The notes: generated by a model not told the origin, from the letters alone. Positions 51,788-62,967 are shown, counted from the whole stretch's first letter. The stretch: DNA of 63,050 nucleotides, filler included, from Octopus bimaculoides (GCF_001194135.2; 4 parts of 4 records of this genome joined end to end with filler, not necessarily neighbours in it); one strand, 5' to 3'. Made by a program: numbers and translations.

Positions 51788-52500
51788 ACTAAGGTGGTGA
51801 GCTAGTGGAATTGTTAGCATGCTGGGCAAAATGCTTAGCGGTATTTCGTTTGCCGCTATGTTCTGAGTTCAAATTCCGCTGAGGTCGACTTAGCCTTTCA
51901 ACCTTTCAGGGTCGATAAAGTAAGTACCAGTTGAACACTGGGGTTGATGTAATTGACTCATCCCCACCTTCCCCAAACTGCCTTTGTGGCAAAAATTTGA
52001 AATAATAATAATAATAATTATTATTATTATTTTTATTGTTATTATTAAGGTGGTGAGCTGGCAGAATCGTTGGCATGCTGGGCGAAATGCTTAGTGGTAT
52101 TTTGTCTGCCGCTACATTCTGAGTTCAAATTCCGCTGAGGTCGACTCTTCCTTTCATCCTTTCAGGGTCAATAAACTAAGTACCAGTTGAGTACCGGGGT
52201 CGATGTAATCAACTTAACCCATCCCCTAAAATTTCAGGCCTTGTGCCCAGAGTAAAAAGGGTTATTATTATTATTATTATTAAGGTGGCATGTTGGTAGA
52301 ATCATTATAGCATACTGGGTGAAATGCTCAACAGCATTTTGTCTGTCTTCGTGTTCTGAGTTCAAATTCCACTGAGGCTGACTTTGCTGTTTATCCTTTT
52401 GGGGTCAATGAAACAAGAACCAGTTGAGAGCTGATGTCAATGTAATCGACTTGACCCCTCCCCTTAAAAATTTCAAGCCTTGTGCTTCTAGCAAAAAGGA
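51516..52500 (+). mobile_element. Head-to-tail SINE family B array (starts 51516, 51791, 52047, 52282)
   Basis: Each begins AAGGTGG after an (ATT)/(GTT)n run. The first copy is probably an assembly duplicate. Confidence 0.85.
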
Positions 52501-52996
52501 TTATATTATATCATATCATATCTTACATTATATTACAGTACTGGAACAATTATCCTGCAAGCCTGAGACCTTAAGTGTCCCAAATTTCTTGGTTTTCTGG
52601 TTTTCTGGAGACAGTCTAAATATTTACTTAAAATATAAAATAAACTATGAAAAATAAAGAGCTAAATTGTATTTAACAGATTCAAATTAATAACATTTCT
52701 GAAGCCGAGTCTGCTCGATATTTATTAATCCACTTTAAATTCTTAAAATAAATATATCATACTGCCCCACATACATGTAGTATAAACGTTTATTAGATGG
52801 AAAATTAAATAAAGAAATGTAAAGAACATGATTTTATTTAACAGATTCATGAACAAATTAATACACTTGTTAAGCAGAGTGTATTTAATCTTTATTGATC
52901 CACTTGAAATAGTAAAGAACAAAACTATTTTTAACACATCATATGCAAATTAACCATTTTCAGAAAAAGGGTCTGTTTACTCAATACAGGGTACAG

Positions 52997-53579
52997 TAAT
53001 ATTGGTTTCTAATTTTGGCACAAGGCCAACACTTTCAGGGGAGGGGGTTAGTTGATTACATCGACCCCTTGTACTCATCATCAGCATCATCATCATCGTT
53101 TAATGTCCGTTTTCCATGCTAGCATGGGTTGGACAGTTTGACTGGGGACTGGTAAGCCAGGAGGCTGCACCAGGCTCCAATCTGATCTGGCAAGGTTTCT
53201 ACAGCTGGATGGCCTTCCTAACGCCAACGACTCCGAGAGTGTAGTGGGTGCTTTTTACGTACCACAGGCAGTCAGGCATCGGCCACGTTCCGATGGTGCT
53301 TTTTATGTCCCACCGGCACAGGAGCCAGTCAGGCGGCACTGGCATTGGCCACGTTCCGATAGTGCTTTTTATGTGCTACCGGCACAGGGAGCCAGTCAGG
53401 CGGCACTGGCAACGACCCATGCATGAATGGTGCTTATCAACTGGTACTTATTTTATCAACCCTGAAAGGATGAAAGACAAAGTCAACCTTGGCCAAATTT
53501 GAACTTAGAAAGTAAGGACGGATGAAATGCCATGCAGCATTTTGCCCAGCATAAGATTGATTTTACCTGCTCTCCACCT
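52997..53579 (-). mobile_element. SINE family B with 12-bp TSD, interrupted by the RTE tail
   Basis: TSD TACAGGGTACAG at 52985-52996 and 53580-53591. Confidence 0.75.
53076..53428 (-). mobile_element. RTE-related retroposon 3' end with (GAT)n tail, inserted into a SINE
   Basis: Same tail as 50380 (TTTCCATGCTAGCATGGGTTGGA); splits the host SINE at its TCGACCCC/CAACTGGTAC segment. Confidence 0.75.
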
Positions 53580-54326
53580 TACAGGGTACAGCACCTTGTA
53601 TGATATTTATTCAGTGTTCTTAGATTTCTAGAAGGAAAAAGAAACAACATTTATGAAAAATCAATTTTACTATTGTTTAAACAAAGGGTTACAGTTTTTG
53701 TTCATTAGCTAAATGAAAACATTATTGGCACTTGCATAAGTTCATTAGCAACACATAGGTGAAAGTTTAAAATGTGGGAGGTATTTCTGTCACACCCTGT
53801 ATTATATAATGTGACAAACTGACAGAATTATTAGCAAGCCAGACAAAATGCTTAGCAGCATTCTCCTAGCTATTTTAAAAATTCTGAGTTCAAATTCCAC
53901 CAAGGCTGTTTTTACCTTTCATCCTTTTGGGCTTGATAAAATAAGAACTAGCTGAGAGCTGGGTGGGGTGGGGTGGGGTCAATATGATCAACTTGTCTCC
54001 CTACCCTAAAATTTTTGGCCTTATATCAAAATTTAAACAGAATAGTTATGTTATCTGTATATGTATAACAGTTTTTGTCTTGTGAAAAAATGTGCTTCAT
54101 AATTTCTTGTGCTTTGCTTAGCTTTTGCTGTTTGCATTTCCTTTTTGCCTCCATGCCTTCTAACCCTCTTTCTGTGACACTTCACTACTCTTAACCCTTT
54201 CGTTACCATATTTCTGTCGAAGTACTCTGCTTTTCTTTCAATTAGTTTTAAAAATAATGACCGTAAAGAGACACCATTGTTGTTATTATGTGTGTGTTGT
54301 GTATGTGTATACATACAAAAATACAG

Positions 54327-54362
<36 letters not shown>

Positions 54363-54739
54363 ACATACACACACACATATACGTTATATCATTAATACAG
54401 CTGCATCTACTCAATGTATGTCTTTAATACTTCTGTATGTCTTCAATACATTTGTATGTCTTTAGTACATCTGTAAATTCTTGATACATCTGTACATTCT
54501 AATCTCCTTACCTGGCTAACACTAACCCTAACCCTAACTACTCCTCACATATTAATGTACCTCATGTGCCAATCCCTCTGTTAGAACACTCACAAATCTA
54601 TATTGGAGAAGACAGACGCACTATTGATCAAATTAGGACTGAGCCCCTAGTCCTTTACATCAAGCTATCCTCCAGGAACCCTATCCTAAGATTTACCTTG
54701 TCCCCCCACTAATACTATCCCTAATGTCTTGCTTATTCC

Positions 54740-55080
54740 GTTGCATTTATGATATTTCATAGAAACAATGAACTGCATATATATTGTTTTTATGACATGT
54801 CATAACTGCAATGAACTGCACATATTTCTATGATGTATCATAATAGGAACATACTGCACTTGCATTGGTTTTATGATGTTTCTCAACTGTAGTGTACTGC
54901 ACATATATTGCTTTTATGATGTGTCATAACTGTAGCCTACTGCACTTGTATTGAGTTTATGATGTATCACAACTGTAGTGTACTGCACAGATATTGCTTT
55001 TATGATGGGCGACAGTTGCAATGTTTTCATGCATATAATATATTTATGATGTGTCTCAATGAACTACTATGCACTGATGA
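54740..55080. repeat. 43-bp minisatellite, 8 copies, partly alternating A/B (86-bp higher order)
   Basis: TATGAT/TATGAC anchors at 54748, 54791, 54829, 54872, 54915, 54958, 55001, 55045. Confidence 0.85.
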
Positions 55081-55218
55081 ACGGTAATATTTCATTTGTG
55101 ATTTGTCACAACAGCAAATGTGTCATTCTTCATAACATAACTGAATCTTAATGTCTTGAAGCATAGATTATTTTGATTGGTACTACTCATTGCCTTTTAT
55201 TCTATACCCTATTAACAG

Positions 55219-56991
55219 AAGACTGAAGAAACAAAATCAAAGGCAGGGAAGTCGGTTCAAGCCAGAACAGCAGCAACAACAGCACCTGCACCTGAGGACC
55301 GCGGTCGCCCAGGAAAGAAATCTTCCAGTACTTTTGTTAGACAACGGAAACGAAGTGCAAGCCCCTTTCAGCGTTTCCTGAAGAGACGCAAAGATGATTG
55401 GTCTGTCTCCAAAATTCCTGTGAAGAAGAAAATATCTTCCCCAACAAATGCTTCTGTTTCTCTGGTGACTTGTGCGAAAAAAAAGGGCAATGATGTCTCC
55501 GTAGTGGTATCCCCTGTCAAAAGAAAGCAATCAAGTCATGACAATCAGTTGCAAGTTTACCCCCAGACAGTTCCACTAGCTACAGCAGAAGACAGTGACT
55601 CTGATTCTGACCAATCAGATGCTGGCTTTTCCACTATTTCTGGTGGCACAGTTATTTTTGTCCCACCTAAACAACGTGCTGATCTGTCTGGAGAGACCTT
55701 TGAGAAGGGTTTAAAAGGAAGCATCAACAAAGCTCTTAGCAAAAGAGACCTTGTACTCTGTGACCATTCTGTCAAGGGCAGGAATCCTTTGGAATCATCA
55801 GTTTCACTCCGTACTCGATCTCGGTCTGTTGACAATGAGCACGATCTGGGGTCTTCACATCTGCAAAGCAAGCGTTCACGCAGCGCTTCGGAAGCAAAAG
55901 GAACACACAGGCCAAATGCGAGAGCGAGTTTTAAGGTGACAAATGAAACCAAAAAGATTTTACAAAGAGCTCAAGTACCGTCTGAAAATCTCATCCAACC
56001 AGGAATTATTTCTTCAACTCCAAACACACCATCAGTCGATAAAATCCATTCTGTGCGACGAGCATCATCAGCTAACGAAACTTTACAGCAGAGCAGTGTC
56101 AAAGAGCATGCTGTACGTCGTACAGCATCAATGGCTGTACACAAACAGAACTCATCTCTGCCTGTATTAAAATCCAACATCTTGAAGACACGAATGATGC
56201 TACAAAATCAACAACAGAACATGAATACTAGGCCATCACCATCATGGTGTCGTCCTGTTAACGAAGGTTCGGCAACGAAGCCGTTGCTGAAAAGAAACAT
56301 CTCTGAAGCAGATCATTTTTGCAAGACACCAAAATGTACAAGACTTCGTAGAATTTCCAACCCACTTCCTGCCTCACCCACATCCAGCACCCCAGTCAGT
56401 TCACGTCGGAAAACTGAATACAAACAAATGATCAAGGCATGTCTCAACTCCCCAAATCTGCACAAAAATTCATTTCCTCCTGAAACCAAGATGCCCGAAT
56501 CAGAATTAGCAAAAATCAATTTTGACTACTTGTCTAATCAACAGGACATGTTACTGTACCAACTGAGAAGTATCGAAAAGTCGTTCAAAGAATTACCTGT
56601 ACCGAAACCACCGAAAATGGAGATAGATCTAGAAGAACCTCCTGAAATAAACCATCGGGGTAAAGAGAACAATTCGGTTTTCCTAAGCCCCGCTCCAATC
56701 ATTAAGTACAGACGAGAGCGATTGCCCATGGAAAGTATTGATACTGAAGACGGCGACTTGGGGACACATGAGACTGGAAACCATTTGAACGAAAGTCCTC
56801 ACACGCTGCAGAGCAACACACAATCACGGCCCCGGGTGATTACTTCAGAGGAAGAAGTGCCAATTATATATGTGCGGAAAGACCCCAAGCCTCTCCCACA
56901 AATACAGTCTATTGGGGTACATTTCAAGCACCCTAAAAGGGTCACACCCCATATTCTGTCCTATTATAAGTATGCAAGATTTAACGTATGA
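55219..56991 (+). CDS. Large coding exon of an uncharacterised basic, Ser/Arg/Lys-rich, probably disordered protein (590 codons + stop if read through)
   Basis: The 523-aa ORF (55420-56991) stays open 67 codons further upstream (KTEETKSKAGKSVQAR...FLKRRKDDWSVSKIP), back to acceptor TTCTATACCCTATTAACAG|55219, which has an in-frame TAA just 5' of the AG. Non-repetitive sequence, higher GC than its flanks. No domain recognised. Confidence 0.9.
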   Translation, partial: KTEETKSKAGKSVQARTAATTAPAPEDRGRPGKKSSSTFVRQRKRSASPFQRFLKRRKDDWSVSKIPVKKKISSPTNASVSLVTCAKKKGNDVSVVVSPVKRKQSSHDNQLQVYPQTVPLATAEDSDSDSDQSDAGFSTISGGTVIFVPPKQRADLSGETFEKGLKGSINKALSKRDLVLCDHSVKGRNPLESSVSLRTRSRSVDNEHDLGSSHLQSKRSRSASEAKGTHRPNARASFKVTNETKKILQRAQVPSENLIQPGIISSTPNTPSVDKIHSVRRASSANETLQQSSVKEHAVRRTASMAVHKQNSSLPVLKSNILKTRMMLQNQQQNMNTRPSPSWCRPVNEGSATKPLLKRNISEADHFCKTPKCTRLRRISNPLPASPTSSTPVSSRRKTEYKQMIKACLNSPNLHKNSFPPETKMPESELAKINFDYLSNQQDMLLYQLRSIEKSFKELPVPKPPKMEIDLEEPPEINHRGKENNSVFLSPAPIIKYRRERLPMESIDTEDGDLGTHETGNHLNESPHTLQSNTQSRPRVITSEEEVPIIYVRKDPKPLPQIQSIGVHFKHPKRVTPHILSYYKYARFNV

Positions 56992-57006
56992 ACGCATTTG
57001 CATGCA

Positions 57007-57058
57007 TCAACCCATGCCAGCATGGAAAACAGACTTAAAATGATGATGATGATGATGC
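57007..57058 (+). mobile_element. Short 5'-truncated RTE-type tail
   Basis: CAACCCATGCCAGCATGGAAAACAGACTTAAAATGATGATGAT, same tail as 50380 and 53076. Confidence 0.7.
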
Positions 57059-57207
57059 ACTTCATTGCCCATCCTCTTTTTCTTTTTCTTTTCTTTTGCT
57101 CTTCCACTTTCTTCTAGAACATTCTTGCCAAATTTTCCTTTTTTCTTAATGTTTCACTTGTCTGTATTGAACTGCATTATGAATTCAAATTTTCATGTGT
57201 TAAAGTT

Positions 57208-57238
<31 letters not shown>

Positions 57239-57250
57239 ATNNNNNNNNNN

Positions 57251-57291
<41 letters not shown>

Positions 57292-57469
57292 CGCATTCAA
57301 GTATATATAAATAATATATACACATGTATATATATGTATGTATGTACATACACCCACACAAATCTACATAACATGCATATATACGTACACACACAACACA
57401 CATATATACATGCCGGCAGAAATTGTGTTACTGACAAGTTTTCTTCACAACTCTGTGGTCCCTTCTTTA

Positions 57470-57880
57470 ATATTTTCCCAAAGGTACTTGGACAAGTGCC
57501 TTTGTCTAGACTTGTGAGAGGATTTGGTGGACAGAAACTGAAAGTAAAACATCATATGTGGCTGTGTGGTAAGAAGCTTGCTTCCCAACAACATGGTTCT
57601 GGGTTCAGTTCCACTGCGTGGCACCTTGGACAAGTGTCTTCTACTATAGCCTGGGTATATGGTGTGTGTGTGTGCATGGGTTGTTTGTGCTTGTGCCTCC
57701 TTGTCGTAAACGAGTATCACCCTCATACAAGTGGTGTTATTTGCTTCCAATCTTTTGTGAAAACATGTCCTGCCATGGGAGAGACATTACCTTGCTTGGC
57801 GACAGGTGAGGGTTGATAACAAGAAGGACATCTGACCATAGAAAATCTGCCTCAGCAAAATGCTGTCTAGTCCAAGCAAG
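57470..57880 (+). mobile_element. SINE family A head(s) followed by an RTE-like 3' segment
   Basis: GGCTGTGTGGTAAGAAGCTTG...CACCTTGGACAAGTGTCTTCTACTATAGCC, then ACAGGTGAGGGTTG...AGAAAATCTGCCTCA. Confidence 0.65.
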
Positions 57881-57908
57881 TATGTATGTATATAAGTGAA
57901 AGGCAGTG

Positions 57909-57980
<72 letters not shown>

Positions 57981-58245
57981 ACACACACACACATATCTTG
58001 TTATATATATACACATACATATATAATATACATGTATATGCCCACACATATACACTTATGCATATGTACATGCCCCTTGCTTTGTGATATGAAAATAGAC
58101 ATGAAGTACCTTTTTTTTTATCCCAATGACCCTAAACACTCTAGTTATTCTCTGGTCCTGAAGCATTAATCCTCTCCCCTCTTGTTTCTACCTTACTCCC
58201 TGCTTCAACCTGCTTCCCATTCCAAAAAACTACACACACACACAG

Positions 58246-58327
58246 ACCTGAGAAGCTAAACAATTTCAGTCCGACCCGACCCCGCTACAACCTTTCTTTG
58301 AACCATGTTGTATTTGATATGCTGTAG
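58246..58327 (+). CDS. Candidate terminal exon (phase 2->stop): (K)PEKLNNFSPTRPRYNLSLNHVVFDML*
   Basis: Pyrimidine-rich tract 58165-58225, then CACAG|. Frame matches donor AA|GTATGC at 56969/56970 inside the large exon. Confidence 0.5.
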
Positions 58328-58544
58328 CTTGTGGACTTGAAGTTTATATTTTGTGAATTTTTTTCCTTTTCTATTTTTTTTATACATATTTGGTATAAGG
58401 GTTGTTGTTGTTTTTTTGTTTCTACTTTCAGAATTGATTTTACCTTCATGGAATTGCAACTTGCTTTTTAAATGGAGGGGGGGGGGGAACCCTTCTAATT
58501 CATCCTCACAAATCGTTATCGCCTTTCAGTATTATTAATCTGCC

Positions 58545-59474
58545 ATGGGAGTGGCAACCTGGCAGAATTATTTGTATGTTGGGCTAAATGCATTTCGTTT
58601 GTCTTTATGTTCTAAGTTCAAATTCCGTTAAGGACACCTTTGCCTATCATCCTTTCGGGGTCGATAAATTAAGTACCAGTTGCACCCTTGGGGTCGATGT
58701 AATCAACTTACCCACCCTCTGAACTTGCTGGCCTGGTGCCAAAATTTGAAACTATTATAATCTGCCATATTTTTGCATTATTTTTTCTATTTCTTTTTCC
58801 CACCCACCCATCCAAGTTTTGACTTTAATCTTTGTGCATCAACCAAGGCCCCTTGTGGTTGACATAACCAACTGCATCTCATCCTTGCTTTGACCTTCTC
58901 ACAAATGCATGGCCCTGTGGGCACTTTGGTTGGGAAAAGTTAGTATTGTTATTGATTTTTCCGCCAAGGTCAACTTTGCCTTTCATCCTTTCGGGATCAA
59001 TAAAATAAGTACCAGTTAATCTCTGAACTTGATGTAATCAACTTACCTCCCTCTTCTGAAATTGCTGGCCTTGTGCCAAAATTTGAAATCAATATCATTA
59101 TTATTATTGATGCGATAATTCAGAATTCTGAGAGATGTGAAAGAAATCTTCTGCAAACTTGACAGATATTCTATTATTGTACAATGGTAGAACATCTGTC
59201 ATGTATGCAAAAGATGTGGGTTCCAGTCTCACAAGCAGCCCTCGACTTGTTTTGTTTTCTATCCAATGGGTGTTTTTTTTCACCCAATATTTATACGCTA
59301 TAATAGTTTTATCTATTTGCCATTCCTCATTAAAAACGATTTATTATTATTACTATAAAGGAAACAAACTGGCAAAATTGTTAGCATGCCAGCTAAAATG
59401 CTTAGCGGCATTTCGTTCGTCTTGATGTTCTGGGGTCAAATTCTTCGAAGGCTGACTTTACCTTTTCATATTTT
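58545..59474 (+). mobile_element. Three diverged/partial SINE family B copies (58545-58755, 58950-59090, 59355-59474)
   Basis: CATCCTTTCGGG.TC.ATAAA..AAGTACCAGTT blocks and head sequence. Confidence 0.7.
59170..59240 (+). pseudogene. Degenerate tRNA-like sequence (possibly Thr-TGT)
   Basis: AATGGTAGAACATCTGTCATGTATGCAAAAGATGTGGGTTCCAGTCTCACA has A-box, anticodon-arm and B-box spacing, but the stems are broken. Confidence 0.25.
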
Positions 59475-59574
59475 NNNNNNNNNNNNNNNNNNNNNNNNNN
59501 NNNNNNNNNNNNNNNNNNTTAATTAATTAANNNNNNNNNNNNNNNNNNNNNNNNNNNNNNNNNNNNNNNNNNNN

Positions 59575-59607
<33 letters not shown>

Positions 59608-60496
59608 CATGCGCACGCACGAACACACATATGCGACGGGATATCATACAGTTTCGGTTTACTTAATTCCACTCATAAGTTATGGCTATGACAGAAGAGA
59701 CTTGACTGAGTTTTGCGCAGTGAGATCGAACTGGAGCCATGTAACTGAAAGCCGTGCTTCATAACTATCATGTCTGCATGCCTACTTGATCTAAATTGAT
59801 TTGTTGCAGACTACATAGACGTCAGAGTTTTCAAATTCCTGGTTAGTGATTAAATTAATTAGGAATAAATATAATCGTATGTCTGTGGCGATAACACGTT
59901 CGAACGTCTGCTATCAAGAGAAAAAGAAAGATATAAACGCAAGTTGTCTTTACTAGGTTGTGTAATGTTAGATACTTGTGATTTCACGACAGAAAATTTC
60001 CCATATAATCAGCTGGTCTCAAAACAATATAGAAAATAAAGCCGAACAATGTTTGCTGCCTTTAAGAAAATAGACATTAGCCATGATTTCATTTCACAAT
60101 CAGTTGCCGATATGTATCCAGCTGCATTTCTTAGAATAGATCAGAGCTTTGGGAAAGGCTTATTCTAAGAAGTTAAGAAGAAGAACAATGCTGTTAATGT
60201 TTAAACATCCATGTTGGACAATGTCTAAGGCTTTCCTTTCAAATATATAATTAATAAAACGTACTATCATAATGATTTGCGTGTTTTTATTCTGAAAAAT
60301 ACTATTTGCAAGGAAATTAACAAAGACATTGACATTTGTATCGTCTTGTCCTCACGGCTCTTAAGTACACATAATATTTTGATAGGTTGAAACTTTTAGC
60401 GCAAAGAAAGCAGACAATGAGATACCATATTAAATATGGCGAAACTTGTTTAAAAGTTACTAGCAGTTACTTTTGAAATAAAAACATGCATCTAAG

Positions 60497-60498
60497 AA

Positions 60499-60544
<46 letters not shown>

Positions 60545-60584
60545 CTCTGTCTGTCTGTCTGTCCGTCCGTCTGTCTGTCTGCCT

Positions 60585-60615
<31 letters not shown>

Positions 60616-60664
60616 CGTCCGTCCGTCTGTCCGTCCGTCTGTCTGTCTGTCTGTCTGCTTTATT

Positions 60665-60715
<51 letters not shown>
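60497..60715. repeat. Compound tetranucleotide array (TATC)n(TGTC/CGTC)n(TTTC)n
   Basis: Read directly. Confidence 0.9.
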
Positions 60716-60717
<2 letters not shown>

Positions 60718-61234
60718 TATCAAGGTGTGCTATATGGCTGCATAGTTAATAAACTTATTTACTAGTGGTTATCAGCTGTTGAAACTAGAATGCTTAGATG
60801 CTCCTCTCTGAAATTTTTCGATTACTTAAACTCACAAATCATAAAATTCTTTGTTCTTTTTTACGGAATTTACTAAATAAAAAATACATTTTTAGATTGA
60901 AATTGAATCTTAGATAGGTTCACAGAAAATTTACGCTTATAGCCAAATTTTCTATGGTCAATATTCTCAGAAATACGAAATTAGTATTTTAATTTCACTT
61001 TACTTTAGATAATCTCTTCATGTCTTCATGCAACTGTTCAAGTCTACAATTAATTGTTCATCACCTGAATACTGCGTTACTATTTCGTTTTATCGCCTTG
61101 AGCAAAACTAATCTTAGATGAGTTATAGAAAACTATAATTATAAACTTAATTCTATGAAAATAGATTAGCTGGGTAGCTGCACTTCATACAAGGTAATTA
61201 CTTTTGTCATGTTTTTATGAATGGTATTTCTCTG

Positions 61235-61934
61235 GGATCTATTTTAAAATGGGGGCCACAGTTTTCATTAATGTTTTACGTAGTGTTTTTGGTACCGAAA
61301 GACTTTCAAACTTCGTATACTTATCTATTTTGTGTTATAGAACAGAAAAATATTTTTGTATTCGAATTTATTTCATGTAAAAAATTGTCTTATTTCGATA
61401 ATTTCAACCAATCACTGACAAGTATTCAGTTGTTTACATTTACTCCTTTGGCTGATTAAGCGGTGTAANNNNNNNNNNNNNNNNNNNNNNNNNNNNNNNN
61501 NNNNNNNNNTTTCTTCGTTTTATTTGCTTTTTTCTTTTTAAATTTGCTGTTTTACCCTAACCCTAACCCTAACCCTAACCCTAGGGTTAGGGTTAGGGTT
61601 AGGGTTAGCCTATAATAGAAAGGTTTATTAGCTACTGCCAATATGCTTCAGCCATTTTTTGACAAGGAAATAATAATTTTATCACCGATAGAATTGTTTC
61701 AGAATCGTTTGTTTATGTAGTCGGCACTTAATGTATATCGGCTGAATGGACGTCAGTGATTGTTGAAATTACAGAAATACGACAACTTTAACATGGAATA
61801 ACTTAGGGATTTCTTTTTTTTTTTTTAAGAAGACTAAGAGAAAAAGATGTTTTATATGGCACATTCTACCAGTGTTCCAAGTTTCAAAGTGTTTCGTTAA
61901 GAAAATACTGTGGCCCCCGTTTTAAAATAGATCC
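61235..61934. mobile_element. Non-autonomous fold-back DNA element with 8-bp TSD and a central telomeric-repeat palindrome
   Basis: TIR GGATCTATTTTAAAATGGGGGCCACAGT / ACTGTGGCCCCCGTTTTAAAATAGATCC (1 mismatch). TSD TTTCTCTG at 61227-61234 and 61935-61942. Inner inverted blocks near 61403 and 61752. Confidence 0.8.
61555..61608. repeat. Interstitial telomeric palindrome (CCCTAA)4 CCCTAGGG (TTAGGG)3 TTAG
   Basis: Read directly from the sequence. Confidence 0.95.
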
Positions 61935-62515
61935 TTTCTCTGGTTGACTAACTTTTAAATATGCCAACAATTTTAAAATTATGTTCAGTTGCCTCTTGAA
62001 TCCTTCAACCGAAGTAAACCCTTGTAGGAGTTATTTTACTTCAATTACGCCCTAAAATTCTCGAAAGAAAAAAAAGGCATGAATGCTTCAGGCTTTTATA
62101 TCTAAGCTATGTAAAAAACAATATATATAATTATATAGGCAAGCAATATAGAAAATTGGTTAAGAAGGAATTAAATTCAAGCATATTCTAAGATCCCTTG
62201 TAAAGATGTAAATTAAATTATCTTAAATTAAACAGGAACTAATTGTCGGCATTAAATTATTAGAACTACTTGTTTTGCATTTCTTAATTTGGATACAAAA
62301 TTAATGTCGTTAATGTTTGTTTTCCCAACTTGGTTTGTTGTTTTAACTTTTAATAGAATCAAGTAATTTAAAAAAAAATTTTCAATAAAAATATTGACTT
62401 TTGTATTTTCATATTTTCTTAAACATTTTTAATTAAAATATCTCTGAAACATTTTAAATTTATGGATTTGTACACACACCACATCACTGTTGGTTCTCAA
62501 GTCTCCATTTGGTTA

Positions 62516-62766
62516 CTATTTTATCTTTTATCGTTTATTTGTTTCAGCCATTTGACTGCAGCCATTCAGTTCGACAATAATTCAAAGCGGTGCCCCATGC
62601 TGGGCACCCCTTTGAAGAATTGTAGTCGAACGAATCGACACCAGTGCTTAATTTTTTTTTAAAGCCTGGTACTTATTTTATGTTTCTTTTGCTGAACCGC
62701 TACTTACAGGGACATAAACACATCAGCACTGCTTGTGAAGCGGAGGTGTGGAGACAAACACATACG

Positions 62767-62797
<31 letters not shown>

Positions 62798-62958
62798 GAT
62801 GGGCTTTCAGCTTCCGCTTACCAAATCCACTCACAAAACTTTGGTTGGCCCGAGGCTATAGGAGAAGATACTTGTGCAAGGTGCCAGGCAGTGGGACTGA
62901 ATCTGGAACCATGTGGTAGAGAAGCAGACTTCTTACCACACAGTCACGCTTGCGCCTA
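62516..62958 (-). mobile_element. SINE family A copy, full length
   Basis: Collinear with 4862-5274. Confidence 0.85.
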
Positions 62959-62967
62959 AAATAACAG

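Noticed and set aside
54516-54538. Interstitial telomere
   Set aside because: Only about 3 imperfect CCCTAA units.
55237-56729. Antisense and alternative-frame ORFs overlapping the large exon
   Set aside because: Shadows of the real coding frame.
60128-60175. Hairpin TTCTTAGAATA...TATTCTAAGAA as a pre-miRNA
   Set aside because: An 11-bp AT-rich stem is too short; no other support.
61555-61608. Telomere-telomere fusion scar
   Set aside because: Wrong orientation for a fusion, and enclosed by TIRs and a TSD.
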